Below are positions 1 through 14,849 of a DNA stretch of 64,000 bases, in pieces. Source of the stretch: Lobosporangium transversale (lineage: Eukaryota); NCBI RefSeq assembly GCF_002105155.1, contig NW_019028989.1:620001-684000 (forward strand), read 5' to 3'. The stretch's first letter is position 1; each line of letters starts with the position of its first letter. Position numbers and translations under genes: made by a program. Under the pieces are notes generated by a model, which did not search any database, was not told the DNA's origin, and saw only the letters and a program-made list of their open reading frames with translations.

Positions 1-254
1 GGCGCATCACAATATACAAGAGACACAAAAACAGCAACGGCGAGGCATCAACATCTATTGAGTACAACCATGGTGACAGTGATCTAGTGTACCCTTCATA
101 AAGAAAACATGGATGTGGCAACAAATCAGCTTCAATGCATTTTTTATTTCTTTCCCGCTTTCCTTATTCTGAGCTCTTATCTGCATTTGAGACTGTTCCG
201 ACAAAAGGGTTTGAAAAGCACCTAACCTTCTTCTCTTTCTAACAGCAACCTCTA

Positions 255-1562
255 GTGCGATTCCATCTGCCTACGTCTATGCCTACAATGTCTCGCCAAT
301 GGATTGCATTGACGCCTTGCGCGCCCAGAAAGACTTTTGATCATACAGTTCTTCATTTGGCTGCCTCTGCTATCCTCTTCTATCCAACTTTGGGAGTCAG
401 TTGCAAGGATGAACCGATCGCTTCTCAAGACCATTCCGCTTCGCTTTTTACCTTGGATCATGATGCAGCTGAGTAACTTATCATGCTGCTTGATAACCAA
501 ATCTACGGAGCTCAAGCCATGGTGACATTCACAGGGCTGGCAACAATTCAGGCGTCAGCTTTAGCAAAGTCCGAAATGACAACCATTAATGGTGCTCGAG
601 ATCGCCTCTTGCACCAGGACTTCGACATGTCACATGCTCAACAGCTGCACGGACAACAAAGTCCAATGATCACCATCAAGCGGCCTTGTGCTAGAAGTAA
701 ATTGCTACTAAACATCGCATTCACAATGGAATTTAGAGCCGTGGTGCAGCTGAAATATATCTTCATCAACCTTAGACTAACCACCCTTCAGGATGAGCCG
801 CAAAAGGATAAAGAGACGCTAGAGGGAGCCATTAGCTTGGAGGATGTTGTGCCTTTAATAACTTATCGCTATACTCCGAGGTCAACAGCATAATCCAAAC
901 AGAATTGGATCCACCGGATGTTTTGTGAAGCAGATCTCTGTGGCCATGTTGAAAAGGACAGCGACAACAGTTTGAGTATGATGACAACCAGCTTGAACCT
1001 GCAGTTGCGGCAAGAAGAATTGCTTGCAGCAGCTTATGAAATCGCTTCTGCTACTGAAAGCCCCGCGATTGTGGATCGGAACACTCCCAACACTAGGGTA
1101 CGTCCTAACCGTCCGGTATATTCCCATCTAACTCTTCCTTCTCAGGCATTAGAGAAGGTTAAGCCATTTAGTCTCCAAAATAAGCATTCGTATTGCTCCA
1201 GCGGTTTAAGCAGTTTATGGCGTGTTAGCTGCAATCAATTCTACAATTTTAGTAACAGCATCAGCAACAATAACAATGGAGCTACCAGTATCTCTGGGAA
1301 AATAGCCATGATTCCAATGAGCACCATTTGCGGCGTAGGTGTGAGTATGTTCGTGGCATTGCTGTTTGTCATTTGCGAAATTGAGCGCTCAGACAATATG
1401 TGCGATCTGCATAACAGAATATGAAATTGGGGACCATGTGCGTATATTGCCATGTTCGATCAATATCATACTGGATGCATCGACCCTTGGCTGCTGCATG
1501 TAGCTTCGTTGTGTCCGATCTGCAAACGGGATCATTGGCCAGCGTCGATTATAAAAGACTGA
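255..1562 (+). pseudogene. Decayed RING-H2 E3 ubiquitin ligase (possibly PA-TM-RING type)
   Basis: 1399-1455 reads CAICITEYEIGDHVRILPC. After a 1-nt frameshift at ~1457 it continues DQYHTGCIDPWLLHVASLCPICKRD to TGA at 1560-1562, giving a RING-H2 signature split across frames. Upstream ORF fragments (255-476, 483-893, 918-1424) are broken by stops and frameshifts. Confidence 0.7.
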
Positions 1563-1805
1563 TGACGGAAGGCTTCTGTTGGCGATTCTTAGTCTATATT
1601 TTACTATGGTGTTTTGTCAAGAAAGATGTTGCACAGATCTCAATAGACTAAAAAAAGTTTCGTAATAACACAAATTTTCATTATTACTGAACCATGTGGT
1701 AAAGCATAGAATCCATAAGCTTTTATTATGTTGCACCGCAACAAAAGAATCATCTTGCGGCCTTTTTTGATTCATCGCCCTTTTACTCTTTCATCCTCAT
1801 TCTCA

Positions 1806-1846
1806 TTTTCATTTTCATTTTCATTTTCATTTTCATTTTCATTTTC
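1806..1846. repeat. (TTTTCA)n hexanucleotide microsatellite, ~7 copies
   Basis: Directly visible tandem TTTTCA units upstream of the gene at 1897. Confidence 0.9.
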
Positions 1847-1896
1847 TCATTCGAAATCAAGGATCAGCTACTGCTTTCTTTCTCTCTCTGATACTC

Positions 1897-3765
1897 ATGA
1901 CACAGCACAACCTTCTTCGTCCTACCAATGTTTTGCCCTTTTCAGAAATGCCCGTAATCCCTCCTCGATTGCAGCTACAGGAGCAACAGCGGACGCTAGA
2001 GAAACATCGACGACAACAGCTGCGTCATAAGCAATCCCAACCCATCCTGCGCACACAGCGTTCGTTTCAACACGACCACCAACAAGCACGCCATAGCAGA
2101 AGTTATAGCAATGGTAGTAATACTCTAACAAAACCAAGATTATTCGAATGCACAGCAACTTCTCCCACCTCACCCACTGCTCACTCAGGACATTCCAACT
2201 ACAATGTCAGCAATAATAGCATTGACAATATTAGCAAAAATCATAGTAAAAACGACTATGGTCACAATCATAACCATGATCATACCTGTGTCGATAACAA
2301 TGGCAGTAGCAATAGCAATAGAAATCTCGGCATGGCTAAAGGTAGGATGCGTTCAGGATCCAACCCTGCCCCTAGCAGTAACAGCAGACATTATAGGAAT
2401 AATTCAAATGCGAACAATCTTCAAGAAGACTGGGCTTCGAGTTTATCCACTCGATCCAACACCACAGGATCATCCTTTCAGGATCGATTAAGAGAACGTG
2501 ATCGAGAGAGGCAACAGAAGGAGAGAGAAGAACGTGAGATGGCTGTAAAAGCGCTCCGTGAGGGTAATGGAGGGGCAACTTTTGAATGATACGCATAGCA
2601 AGCTGAACTTCAGATGCTCAATTCAACTCCCATTTTAACATCTGTATTAAATAGATACCAATCAAAGTGCGTTCAACACAACATCAGATCTTTTCGCTGC
2701 AACTACACCAGCTGTACAAAGCACAGGAACAACGCTCTTGAATAAACTACGAGCAACTAAAGACGTTATCAATGACGCTATCGCAGGTGAGGAGCGCTGG
2801 CCAGGTATGTTACAAATAACGCAAACAAATCTACACAAACAACAATGAGTGTCATGTTAATAATGTAATTTATTTGGTTGGCTCTCATATTTCATCGATT
2901 TTATTAAACACGTGCATATTTATAAAACTGAATATACTTTTAATAATTTCATTTGTCTACAGATTCTGATGACTCGGAATATGGAGGCGAATCTCATGTT
3001 CGTCGTGTGCTCCGAGAATATGCAGATAAGAAAGAAACTACACAAGCGGCTGCCAAGATTGCAGAACTTGAGGCGATCCCAATTATACCCACAAAGTCCG
3101 GATCAAGGTCTCAAAACACTAGGCGTATGGTTCGAAAGGAGAACATCATCAATAACGTTCGCGCTATCAACACAACGAACATAATCAATTACTCTATCTC
3201 GCCACAGGCCTCGCCCTCAGCAACATCTGGTCTCCCCACACCGCCCTCCCCTCTAGATATGAATTCTTATTCACAACACCAGAGAGCAAGAGGCGGTAAT
3301 AATGTGTCATCACGACCAGAAGATAGCACAAAAGGACGCGAAAATAGCGACAGGAGTTTGATCAATGATCACCAAAATAACCCCATCAATAGCAACACCA
3401 CGCTGCATCCGCCAGTGCGGATAAACAGATTCCGTACTAGTAGTGATGCTAGTCTGAGTGAAGCCCTAGGTCGACTGGAAGGTAAACGGAATCAGGATGC
3501 ATTGATAGCACAAGTCAGTCATTTGGGAAGCACAAGAGCTAGATCTCCTCATCGTAGTAACCGCACATTCAAAGAAAACATCGACACCTCGCCTCCTCCG
3601 CCATTACCTACACCCAAGAATAACTTCCGTCAACATCAGCAGACGACACCACGGTCGTTATCCCCGCCATCTTCTGCTACAACACCGTCGCCGCTGACGT
3701 CGTCCTCTTCTCAACGACTGAATAACCTTGGTGCATATGGCCAATGGAAACAACAGCAGGAATAG
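1897..3765 (+). CDS. Low-complexity, largely disordered protein; 3 exons (~1897-2563, ~2655-2804, ~2963-3765)
   Basis: GT-AG introns join ORFs 1897-2589 and 2953-3765 through a short middle exon. One conserved-looking island (EERWPDSDDSEYGGESHVRRVLREYADKK) weakly resembles the Mso1 Sec1-binding motif. Confidence 0.6.
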
Positions 3766-3943
3766 CAATAGCTTTGTGTGATCATTAAAAATGTGCGGTG
3801 TCATGTGTGTATGTATCCAACCAAATGTGAATTGTTTCATCTACGCGTTTCATTTTGTAAGCTACTAGAAAAAAATTTCGCTATTTTGCTCTACATCCTT
3901 TACCTCTTTCTTCATTATCTCCTAAAAAAAAAAAAAAAAAGAT

Positions 3944-6128
3944 ATGCAACGAAGCAACGAACAAAACAAACACGGTGCCCGCAATATTGCCAATCAGTAT
4001 GATGCCAATCATCATAATACCAATATTGATCAGTCTGCACGAGATCTCAACGCCACTTCTTCCAACAATTCTGACAGGCAGCAATCCGGTGCCACCGCCA
4101 TGAATGCCCAGCTTCACAATCCTCAGCATAGATCTGAGTACGAAGTCGCTGGCCCTCATATTGGGGGTACACCTCAGCCCTATGACAGCGTCAAGATCGA
4201 ACATGCCAAGGATCATCTCGTCGAGTCAATGAACAAGTTGGCCATGGACTCCAAAGACAACACCAATACCGCCGGTTCTGTTAGCACTACTGGGGCCCAA
4301 ACAGACCAATTTGTCAAAAACTCTACTCAGGATGTAGCTGGTATTGGCAGCGTTCATTCTAACTCTACAACTACTCCCAAGACATCAACGTCGCCTACAA
4401 ATATGCACTCAGTGCACCAGCCACAGACAACCTCGCACATCGACCATAGCAGCCAGGTAAGAGCTAGTTCACAATACCTAAATGTAGCCCCTCATTACGT
4501 ATTCCATAACCCTGTGATAATTTATCGGACTCGGATCTGTTTCGATTGTACAAGCATAGTCTGCCCACATCAGCCCTTCAAGCAAAACCAATGGTGCTTC
4601 AAGAGTTAATGCAGCTGATAGGAGGACAGGTGACGTCATGCCGACCACTTCAGTTACGCCATTGGCCCCTAGTCACTCATCGTCTACCAGTGACAATAAC
4701 CAATACCATCAGCGTCATCATGGCCAGACTCAACAGCAACACCTTGACCATAACCAGCAGCAACACCCACCTGTGTCGATGAAACATAATCAGGTTCCTA
4801 CAGCTGCTGTCATGGGTGCTGCTTCTGCCATATCCTCTGCCCCACCTTTGAACGACAACGTGACCTCAACCACCGATACTCCTGTGACTCCAGGACAGGC
4901 AGCAGATCGTAATTTATCTTTGGAGGCTTCACCTCACCATAACTCAGGTCAGTACCACTCAACCCATCCAGGTGGTATGAAATCGGAGCGTACGGCTGAG
5001 AATAAGTACAGAATGAACGATCCTAATGCGAGCCATCATCAGCAGGAACAGCGTCATCAAAGCATCACTGATAAGGTCAAAAGCCTTTTTCACCATCACG
5101 ACTCGGCCACAACATCCGAAAATGAGCTCGCTGCTAATGATCGCAGCAACGTGCATTCAGGTGGCAACGTAGCCGATGCTCCTACAGCTAATGCAAGAAC
5201 CGCAGAAACAGCTGCAGCTGCCAAGCTAGCGTATATGGATAAGGCTTCAACCCCTGGCCATCATTCGCTCACCCACAGTACTTTCAAGTCAGATCACCAT
5301 GGCACTTCTGACAACAAGGCCGATGCACAGTTGTTAAGGACCAAGCATGAAGGGCATCAAAGCCCCAATAATACCTCTACTTCTGCCACTACTTTCTCTT
5401 CTAACGCCAAGGATTCGAGCTCTTTAGGCAGAAATCCAATGACTTCCCGGGCTGATGGCTCTGAAGTAAGAACAGCGGCTGGAGCAGCGGGCTCCTACCT
5501 TGGCAACAAGAATACTCTTGCCACAGATGCGCCCAAAGATCCCCATCTCCACAACGATAAGCTTGACAAAATGAAAATCTCGTCCCATTCGCCCGTAGTG
5601 AACACGCATGTGAATGCTAACACTGGTGCGGACATGGACTCCTCTGCTACGACGTACACACCCTCGGCCAATAGTGCTCATATGCCTACGCCTGGAAGCA
5701 ACCCTGCTACAATGGCAAAGATGACTGCCACCGAGAGGACCTCTGTTTCTGCGGGACATCATGCGAATGATAATATCAAATCCCCCACTGACGCTGCTGC
5801 CGCTGGCGGCGCTACTTCTGCTCATACAAGCCATAAACCAGCAACAGCAGCAAGTAAGGACTCGGTCTACATGAAGGCCACTCCTCATTCAGCGAATACC
5901 GCCAGCAGAACAAACATCTCATCTTCGGGCAACAATGCCGGTTATTCAATGGGCAGTCATGTTCCGCCAACCAATGACAGAGCGATACCGACGATGCCGG
6001 GGGCTTATAAAAGTGCTGCTCCACAGGTTGGACCTGGAGAAGAAGTTGTTTGGGTGAAGACTACGACAATCACAGACCCCGAAGGAAACGTGGTGGAGTC
6101 TCGCCAGAACATCATTGACCCACGTTAG
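3944..6128 (+). CDS. Hydrophilic Ser/Thr/His/Asn/Ala-rich disordered protein; exons 3944-4456 and 4560-6128
   Basis: Donor CAG|GTAAGA at 4457 and acceptor CATAG at 4559 join the two long ORFs in frame. No recognisable globular domain. Confidence 0.65.
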
Positions 6129-9100
6129 CAAAACACTGTCAAAAAAGAAGCTACGCTGTGAGCTAACAAGGAGAGAATACTCTATCCAGATGCATGTCAC
6201 TTGTAAATATCATTGCAGTCTTTAGCTTAATGCTGACTATGTCACTTGAAAACATCAAGGACGCTATTTCAACGATTAAGGTCCAATAATAAATTGATTG
6301 AATTAACTGAGCTAATCATTTAATCATGGACATTGCGATGCGCTCCGTCAAGAAGTTCGAAAGAGCGTCGTTGACGGCCTCAGGGTTCCCTGTAATGACA
6401 TTGTATCCGCTCTAATAAAAATTGTCCCCTGCGCCAACTCCGTAAACAAAGCTGTTGGGTACGATGTAACTAATGCTGGGATAATAGCGATGTCATTTTT
6501 GTCTAATAACTGTAATGAAGGAGCCATTTATAGCTTGTTGATAATGGCTAAAAAAAAAAAAGATCGTGTGAGCTTGGGATATGAACATATTTTATTTCTT
6601 TGATGTGTATGAGCGCATGAGTGCGCCTGTTATATTTGAACTGAACTGATGTCGCTCATTCGATAATTGAGTGACTCAACTTGATAGTAGTTTTAGCCTC
6701 CGTGAAAAGTAGCGTGAGAGAAGGTATCATAGTAGTATTGTTTCCCTTCAACGTCAATACCATTTCAGACACCATTGGGTGTGTTGAAGTAAGTTAAGAC
6801 TTGTTCGTGGGCCTGATACACCCACATGAAGCAAAAGACATGTCCGTTAGCCTTCATGTCCGCATGCATCATTATTCTACAAGAAAATATAAATATACAT
6901 AGGTGGGTCTCGTTACATTGCCATTGAAGCGATTAGTCTCTTGGATATCCCTCTTATAGGCTACATGTTACCTGAGATACGGATAATAACTAAGGATCAT
7001 TTCAACGGACAGTGATAAGCTCCTCTTATGGTTACGTATATGGAATATCAACACTGAAAAGGATAGTATATACATTTGCGTTTTTTCCCCTCTTCTTTGC
7101 TCTTCTAGGTCCTGTGATTGAAACAATATCGGAAATAGACATCATATTTAAGCTATTATGATGCATGACGAGGGACTCTGGATGATCAATTTTCTATTAT
7201 TATTAAAAGGTTGTTTTTCTTTTTTCATAATGAAAAGAATGATCTTTACTTAGACACTTCAAAACCTGAGGCATTTAGCTCAGAATGAACGGTATAGTAT
7301 CTCTCAACCAGGTATAATTTGCTGCGAACCTTCTGGAGGGGTTCATACAAGCATAGGTTCTTGTCACCAATGATTTCTTGGCGAACGTCAGCTGTGGTAC
7401 CAAGGTGAATAAGAAGAGTAGTAGGGAAGGAGAGTTGGGGAACCAAGCTGAGCTTTTTCTCCAAAACGGACTCAGATATGGAAAAAGATATGCATAGCAA
7501 GACCCATTCACTTTGTTCTAATGGCTGTCAGTCAGCAAACTGAACGCCATTGCCACCTTGCGTCTCAGTTTTAGTCTGATCTGCAAGGACCTATCAATAG
7601 GGAGGTTTCTTTCTAGTTAGCGAAAGGATAGGCGCCCATAAGATGATTGTTTGGACGGCATTCAGAATAACTTTTAATTTTTGCTATAGGCAACACTCGT
7701 CATTCTTCATATAATTTCTCTGTGGCATCCGTAAATTGGCACTAAACTGTAAAGCCTGTCATGAATATTAAATAACGCCTTTCTTTACTTGAGATGAAAA
7801 ACTATTGCTGAGGCCAGAGCGCTGAAGGTTTTTATAAGGCTGAAAGCAGAAGGTCAACGTCGGACGCAAATAGTGGGTGGCTCCACCGACTTTAGGCTCG
7901 CTAATTATTGCGAAATTATGTACTTTACTTGTAGATAGCATCCTATTTCTCAATTGCTTGGTACTCACTGTTTACTTTTGTGAGCTGTTCATCTACACGA
8001 AACTAGATAAACTGTGGCTCATAGAGTCTTGCGAGGTGTTTTGCTCTGGGCGCAATGGGGTCTTGGGCTACTTGATCTAATTAACAGTCAACTCTTCACT
8101 AAACTTTATCATGCTCTGCCGAACCCTAATTGTTTTTGTGCTACAATTAATCTTAACCCTTCACGAGTGTATGGATCAAAGGAATTAAAGAGGCGTCCCT
8201 TTGTCGTCTTTAACCACTTCGAACGGGAGGCAGGATAGACAAGAAGTAGCGAGTATAATTGAAAAACCATGATGCGTGAAGGAGATGCAAAATGAATCAT
8301 GCGCTGACTGAACAGACATGGTCATAGGAGCGAATACCTATTCACTAAGAGGAAATGGGGCTAGGCCCAAGACAAGAAGGCTATAGCCGATATAAGAAAG
8401 CTCGTTGCATTGCTTAACATCTTCGCTTTGGTTACTCTATTGGTCCAGTTATCAAAGTAGGTTTATTCCATCTCCTCTTTGTGCAACAGTGTTGCTTTGT
8501 TGCTTACATTTACGATATTTTCATTCTTGTTCTATATCTTATTCCCTACACTGGCCTGGCACTTTTTTTGGTTTTATATTCCATGAATCAGTTGACCGCC
8601 ATGTATCTTTTGAAAGTGCGTTAAACTTTTTGATCATAAGCTAATACATGCATTTATAACATGCGTCTTTGCCTTACATACCGTGTGCGATTTACCTTAT
8701 TCGTACTTGCAATTGGATCTTTTTTATTACTACTATTATGGTTGTATTGATTAAAATAAAAACATTTGGAAACAAGAAACCAAGCATCTAGAAGAGTCTG
8801 ACTTCCTCCTTTGTTTCTAGACAGAACTATATAAAACTTTATACAATTCTGCAGCCTATGGATGAGAATGATGGAGCAGTTCTTTTGTGAGCTTACGACG
8901 CAACAGGCAGAGGTACCCTCGATGATACGTTGACGCGTAGCACCTACAAGGAGGATGAATGGTCATACTGACGAGAAAATACATTGCTGAAGAAGAGGTT
9001 GATCGAAGCTTCTGCATGTTCGTACCCTCGCTCATCCTCTTCTATTTGTGAGGAAACAATCAGCTAATGTGGTTTGGAAGGAATCTATTCCCTATTCTAC

Positions 9101-10028
9101 CCTTCTTTCGATTCTTTGATCTCTCCTCCTTAAAACGCTCACTCCAAGACTTATTATTCAGGGAATTTGAGAGCAAAGTAAAAAAAAAAAAAAGCCGTAA
9201 GTGGACTGTTTTAACCATATCCTAAAGAAGGATGGGAGTACCAACCTTAACCTTCCAGAGAGACGCACAATGGTGCGCGTGTTGTGCACGTTGCGGTGAT
9301 CTCACGTGCTGATTGGCCAGAGTATCTCCAACATTCACCAGTCATTCGTTGCGTGTTGAGATGGAGATCAAGATAGAGAAAGGGAAACGATCATCCCGAT
9401 TTCAAACAAAAAAAAAAGCTGCACTAGACTCTGTTTACTCTTTATTGCCACTTTTTTTAACGGTTGTTCTAATTTCAATTTTATTAGAAGTAGCTCAAAT
9501 ATCATAATCCGTAACAGGAGTGAAGGAAAGAGGCCATTTGGTATGGAAGTCCAGTCTCTTGAACTCAGTAAAAACTTGAATGGAAAGGAAGGAATTTCTG
9601 ATATTTTTGAACTACAATGAACGTACGATCAGAGTGTACACGGACAGACATTTAGACCATTCATTGAAAAAAGATCGCGACGCCACAAAGCCAAACAATT
9701 GACTCCGATACCGTTCTTTTCGTCCCTTTCTTCTTTCCCTTCCTTTTCTGCTTCTTGATCACTGAACTCTCTTTTTCAACCCTTATTCTCGTCCTTGCAC
9801 ACACTTTAATATCCAACTATTACTTTTGCATTCGCTCTTTTTCGTCCACCTTGTTACACCCTTTCATATACTCCTCCGCCTTCACTTGGAATAACTAAGA
9901 AATTTTTTCTTTTTATTCTCTGCGAAACCTATGCACATATTCAAATCGATCCGTCAGTTAACACTCTGTACACTTCCAGCTCAACTGCGCTGATCTCTTC
10001 ATATACAAACATATACACATTTAATAAA

Positions 10029-13000
10029 ATGTCATCAACAGGTCCTCGTTCGCCTCACGCTTTCAGGAGTGGTGGAAGCAATCAGAGCTCAGATGAGATC
10101 GCGACCAACAATGGGGTTCCTCAGCGACCTCCTCGCCAGAATAGACAGAGGTCAGGGTCGTCTTCATCCCCAGTCATGAATGGTACACAATACTATCAGC
10201 ACTTTCAGCAGCATCAATATCAACAAGATCCGTATTACACACCATCGCTTCACTCTAATCAATCTCCTCGACCTTCGCCTCGAACTACACCGAATACATA
10301 CAGTGCAAACTACCAATCTGTGCCAGCTTCTCCCATGACGTTCCAACTTCCTCCTTCTACCATATCGACTCGTGATGATTCATTGAGATCTGGATCTATC
10401 CCACTCCACTCACACCAGCAACATCAGCAACACCAACAATATCCACAGTCATCATCATCTTCTTATCGATCACCGCACATGTCACCTGGATACCCTAGTA
10501 ATGGACAGTTGCCAAACATGCTACCACCGCCTTTGTCACTACCGGATTCTTTTTTAGAAGATCAATCAGATTATGCTGGGTACTACTCGTCTGATGTTGG
10601 GATCTTTTCCAGCCCTCCACTTCCAGGGACTCCACAGATACAGATTCCCTCAAGCAACAGCTCTCTTCACCCGCGACCTTATTATGGACATAGTCCAGAT
10701 CTTCCGCCTAGCCCATCCAGGCCAGGAGCCAGAAGTGGAGGCAGTGGGTTTTTGCCATCGCCACACATGACACCAGCAACTTCTCCTCTCCAAATCGATT
10801 TTCCATCGCTATCCCTTAATGGTTAGTAAAAAGGATTCTTCTGGGAAAAGGAGTGGTTTAAAATTATATATTTTGGTTTACTCCCTAAAATTGCTGCATG
10901 TGTTTGTTCTCTGGAATGGTGTGAGAAAAGCTTTTATTTGTTTACTTTTACTTTTATGGTTGATTCGACGTTTAGACACCGACAATCGAAACAGAGGTGA
11001 AAAAGAGAGTGCGAGGGAAAAAATGGAATGCAAGAGTAAATTGAGAGCCATGTTTTTCACTACTATCCTGTCAAATGGACAGTTACAGCAACGTGGGTCA
11101 GGCGATTTGCAGTCACACAACCAAAAAAACTATCATGGCCCTCAGAGTAGCACCCTGATAGCCATGTTGGGTGCCATGTGTTTCATGCTCACATCAATAT
11201 TTATTTACTACTCTAATAATTAAGATGGTAAAAAGATAATTCATGACATGGTCTGGCCTCAATCCGAGAATATCAGAAAAAATAGATAAAATAGATCTTT
11301 GCACATAATAGATGAATTATGTATGTGGAGGATGGATACAGGGGTCATGGTGCTTTACAACAGTATGATCTATGCTCCTCAAATGTATTCGTAATAAAGC
11401 TGACTTGACTACCATTCAAACTCAATCTAGATGCTTGTCGTCCTAGTCATGCTAACTCTGGGCCATCCTCAAGCACAGGAGGGCGCGATCGTTCCTATTC
11501 AACTTCGCTCTCAACTGTGTCGACAGATGAGTCGGTTGCGAGCCGTAACTCGCTCATGCCTCGAGCTAATGGTGATTCGTCTACTCAGCCTGAAGGGTTC
11601 TATCGAGGCCATCCTATAGTGCCAACAGAATCTTTCGTGATACCCACACATGATCAGTACCCTCCTGACTCGCTTATTCTGTTTGGTGGAACGGCGACAC
11701 ATTCAGAGGGAGGACTCTTCCGAAAGGATGCAAAAGAGTACTTGATGCTTACCAACTCAAGCTTGCTCAAGTACAAGACAATGGAGAAGGCTTCCAAGGT
11801 CTTTGGTAACCACTCTGTCTGGTCTTCCTCTTCGGGACACCAAATCTTAACCCCTCAACAGATCAGCCAGATCACGAAAGACCATCGTATCTTATCGCTT
11901 AACTCCATTGTCGGTGTTTACGCTCACCAGTCACCAGGCAATGACGTTCAAATCATTATCGAGTACTTAGTTTCAATCTCAGCCCAACCAGCAACAATGC
12001 ATTTTACTCCATCTCCAGAGCAGGCCGAGCCATGGCTCAGGGAGCTGCGTCAAGGATGCAATTATTATGCATCTCAGGCAGGATTAGTCTCCAAAGGCAC
12101 TCGTCAGCGGCAATGGGTGGTAGAAAAGATGCAGGATGACTTTATCGCTCTTCCCACTAGCGTTGCAGAGAATCATCCCACAGCGTTGGCAGCTGGAGGT
12201 ATGTGGCGAGCCTACTTCAGAAGCCAGAATATCAAAGGCGTACCTGTACAGGAAAGCGGCACCACACCAGATACTAAAGTTGCATTAGAGGGCAAAGTAG
12301 TGGTGGTTGCCGTTGGAAACTCTTATATCCACATAATGCCTCACAATCTCGGGAACGGGAGCACAAAAGATGATATGAAAGATGAGCGCACGATCCTACA
12401 ATACCCACTGCTGACCGTCAGATCCATCCATTACAAAGAAAAAGACGACACTTTCACAATCTGCTTTGGAACAACTCTTCGTCAACGGACAGTTGTTATC
12501 ACGTTTGCTTCAGCTAGAGCACGTGAAATCATTATTGCCATCCGCGCTAGAATTGAAAGTCTTCGATGGCTGTATCCCTTGCAGAGAAAAGGCGTTGACT
12601 TGTCCATGTCTGAAGAACTCTCTCGACCCATTCCTGTACCCTCAAAAGAATATATGGTTGATCTCGGATTCGATGATCTATTGAGAGCCGAATGTTACGC
12701 CATGGGTGTCGATCGGAAGGTTTTTAATAACGTAAAGGTAGATGGCTTTATCCTCACAGTGGGCAAGGCTGGTGATACATCAGAGACCAAGCGCGATTAC
12801 AGCGTGGATGAAATGAAGTGTCTCTTTAGAGCTCTTCGATTCAACACTACATTCAAGGAGATTAGTTTCCGTGATATTTCCTTTGCAGCACTCCACAAAT
12901 CCAAAGTCCTACGAGATGGCACTACCCGATATGGACTTCGCCTTGATCAAGAGTTTTACGAATTAATCATGGGAAATCCCCATATCCGTGCATTGGACCT

Positions 13001-14627
13001 ACACAACTGCCACTTAGATACCAATACAATCGGTAGCATTGGGCGTGCCATCCGAGATGGGTACACTGCTGGCTTGCGTTTGGAGCTCTTGGACCTCAAC
13101 GGCAATATTGCTTCAGATGGTGCTGATGTCATGACTCTTGCCAAAGGGATCGTCAAACACGCTGGCACACTTCAATGTCTCGATGTTGGTAACTGTCAGG
13201 TTACAGGCGATGGTATCAATCAAATCATGCATGCATTCGTTGCTAACCCAGATGTAGCGTCACATCTGCTGGAGACATTTAGCATCCATAATAATGCAGA
13301 GAGCAAAGTTAATTCCTTCATCTTGGATATGTTCTTGAAACATTCGATGCGCCTTGAGTCACTGAACCTTTCGGACTTGACCTCTTGGAGTAAGTCCCCA
13401 ATTTTAATGGCTGAGACTCTGACTAGCTGTGGTGGTAGTCTCAAGTCCTTGGATTTAAGTGGCATGGCATTGCACCCTTCTACACTGGATCAGGTCCTTA
13501 CTTGGCTCTCAAGCAGCGGTTGCAAGTCTCTGGAGCAGATCAAAGTCGAAGGATGCGGATTGGATGGCAACCAGCTTGCCAGTATCCTAGAGGCGATTGG
13601 TCAAAGCGGGAACCGTAAAATTGAGGTCCTCGCTGGACGGAACTTGCTTTCAGATGGACAAGATTTGCCCGACAACTTACTTGGTATCTTGGCTACTGGA
13701 GAGACAGCGACCTCTTTGGGCCTTCGAAGGACCTGCTGGAGTGAGTCGGCATTGCGCCAGCTGTTCGTTAGCTTGAGCCAGAGTTACACGCTCAAGAAGC
13801 TAGACTTGAGCGCTGTTTCGTTGGCGTCGAGCCGCGATCCTGATGTGGAAACATGTAAACTTTTAGGCCAAATGCTTGCTTCATCCGCAGGTCGCTTAGA
13901 GGAATTGTATATTCAGGGCGAGGAGACTCCAGAGTTGACATCTCGCATGGGCAGAAACTTATGGAGATCATTTGAGGGGCTAGGCCATAGTCGATACTTG
14001 GCTAGGCTCGATGTACGACGTAATCGATTCAAGGACGAAGGAGCCATGGCTCTTGCGGAAGCCCTTCGTGTCAACCAGAGCTTGGTTTGGTTGGATATGG
14101 ATGAGAATGATGTAAGTCTTCAGTTTGAATCCACATTAGACATCAAGGTGCAATAGCTTGGAAGGAAACTCATTGTTTATCTTCAATGCATCTTATAGGT
14201 GACAACGGACGGATTTAACGCAATCTTGTCTGCATTCTACCAGGGCGGTACTGAGCAGGTACCCACCAGCAGTCGGTATTACAACAGCACATTGTGCTAC
14301 TTTGAGCCTCCGGTGAGGGATGTAAATAAACAGACTCAGATGCTCAAGGATGCCATGTTGGAGACTTACAAGACCGAACAAGAAACACGGTTCTTGTTGA
14401 GCAACTCTACAGGTAAAGATGCGCGCGAGTGGAAGGAGCGTTTAGCACAAATCATTCGACAGCGCAGCCAGAGTTCTGAAGCGATCGCACGTCTTGAACG
14501 TGCAATTCAGGGTATTACAGCTATTGTGGACCGTAACAAGGCAGCCATGGATGCTGTGATTCGTGATCGAGAGCGCCGACGTGAACGAGATCACGGCTAC
14601 GATCAGACCAATGATCATCGGCACTAA
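10029..14627 (+). CDS. PH-domain plus RNI-like leucine-rich-repeat protein (CARMIL/LRRC16-like architecture); exons 10029-10821, 11431-14110, 14199-14627
   Basis: Pro/Ser/Gln-rich N-terminus, PH-like segments (KEYLMLTNSSLLKYK...EPWLRELR), many LxxLDLxxN/C repeats (LRALDLHNC-type, LARLDVRRN, LAEALRVNQSLVWLDMDEN) and a C-terminal coiled coil. Canonical splice sites keep the frame. Confidence 0.75.
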
Positions 14628-14849
14628 GTACTAGAAAAAATAGAGAGCAAAGGAGATCAATCCAGGCAAAGAAACGAACAAGCTATTATTACTATGACTA
14701 TTTATGTTCACGTTTATACCCACGCATTCTCACGCCATTGCAAATATGATTTTTAGATTACATATATCACATGCATTTTAAATTAGTAAATATATCTCCT
14801 TAATAAATAATTTAATTCTGTTAATGTCTATTATTTGTTTGTTTTCCAC

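Noticed and set aside
6310..6500. Minus-strand fragment ...VITGNPEAVNDALSNFL resembling an alpha/beta-hydrolase C-terminus
   Set aside because: Too short and stop-interrupted, and no catalytic motifs were found nearby.
7246..8300. Cluster of short minus-strand ORFs, possibly a decayed gene
   Set aside because: No recognisable motif or consistent splice model.
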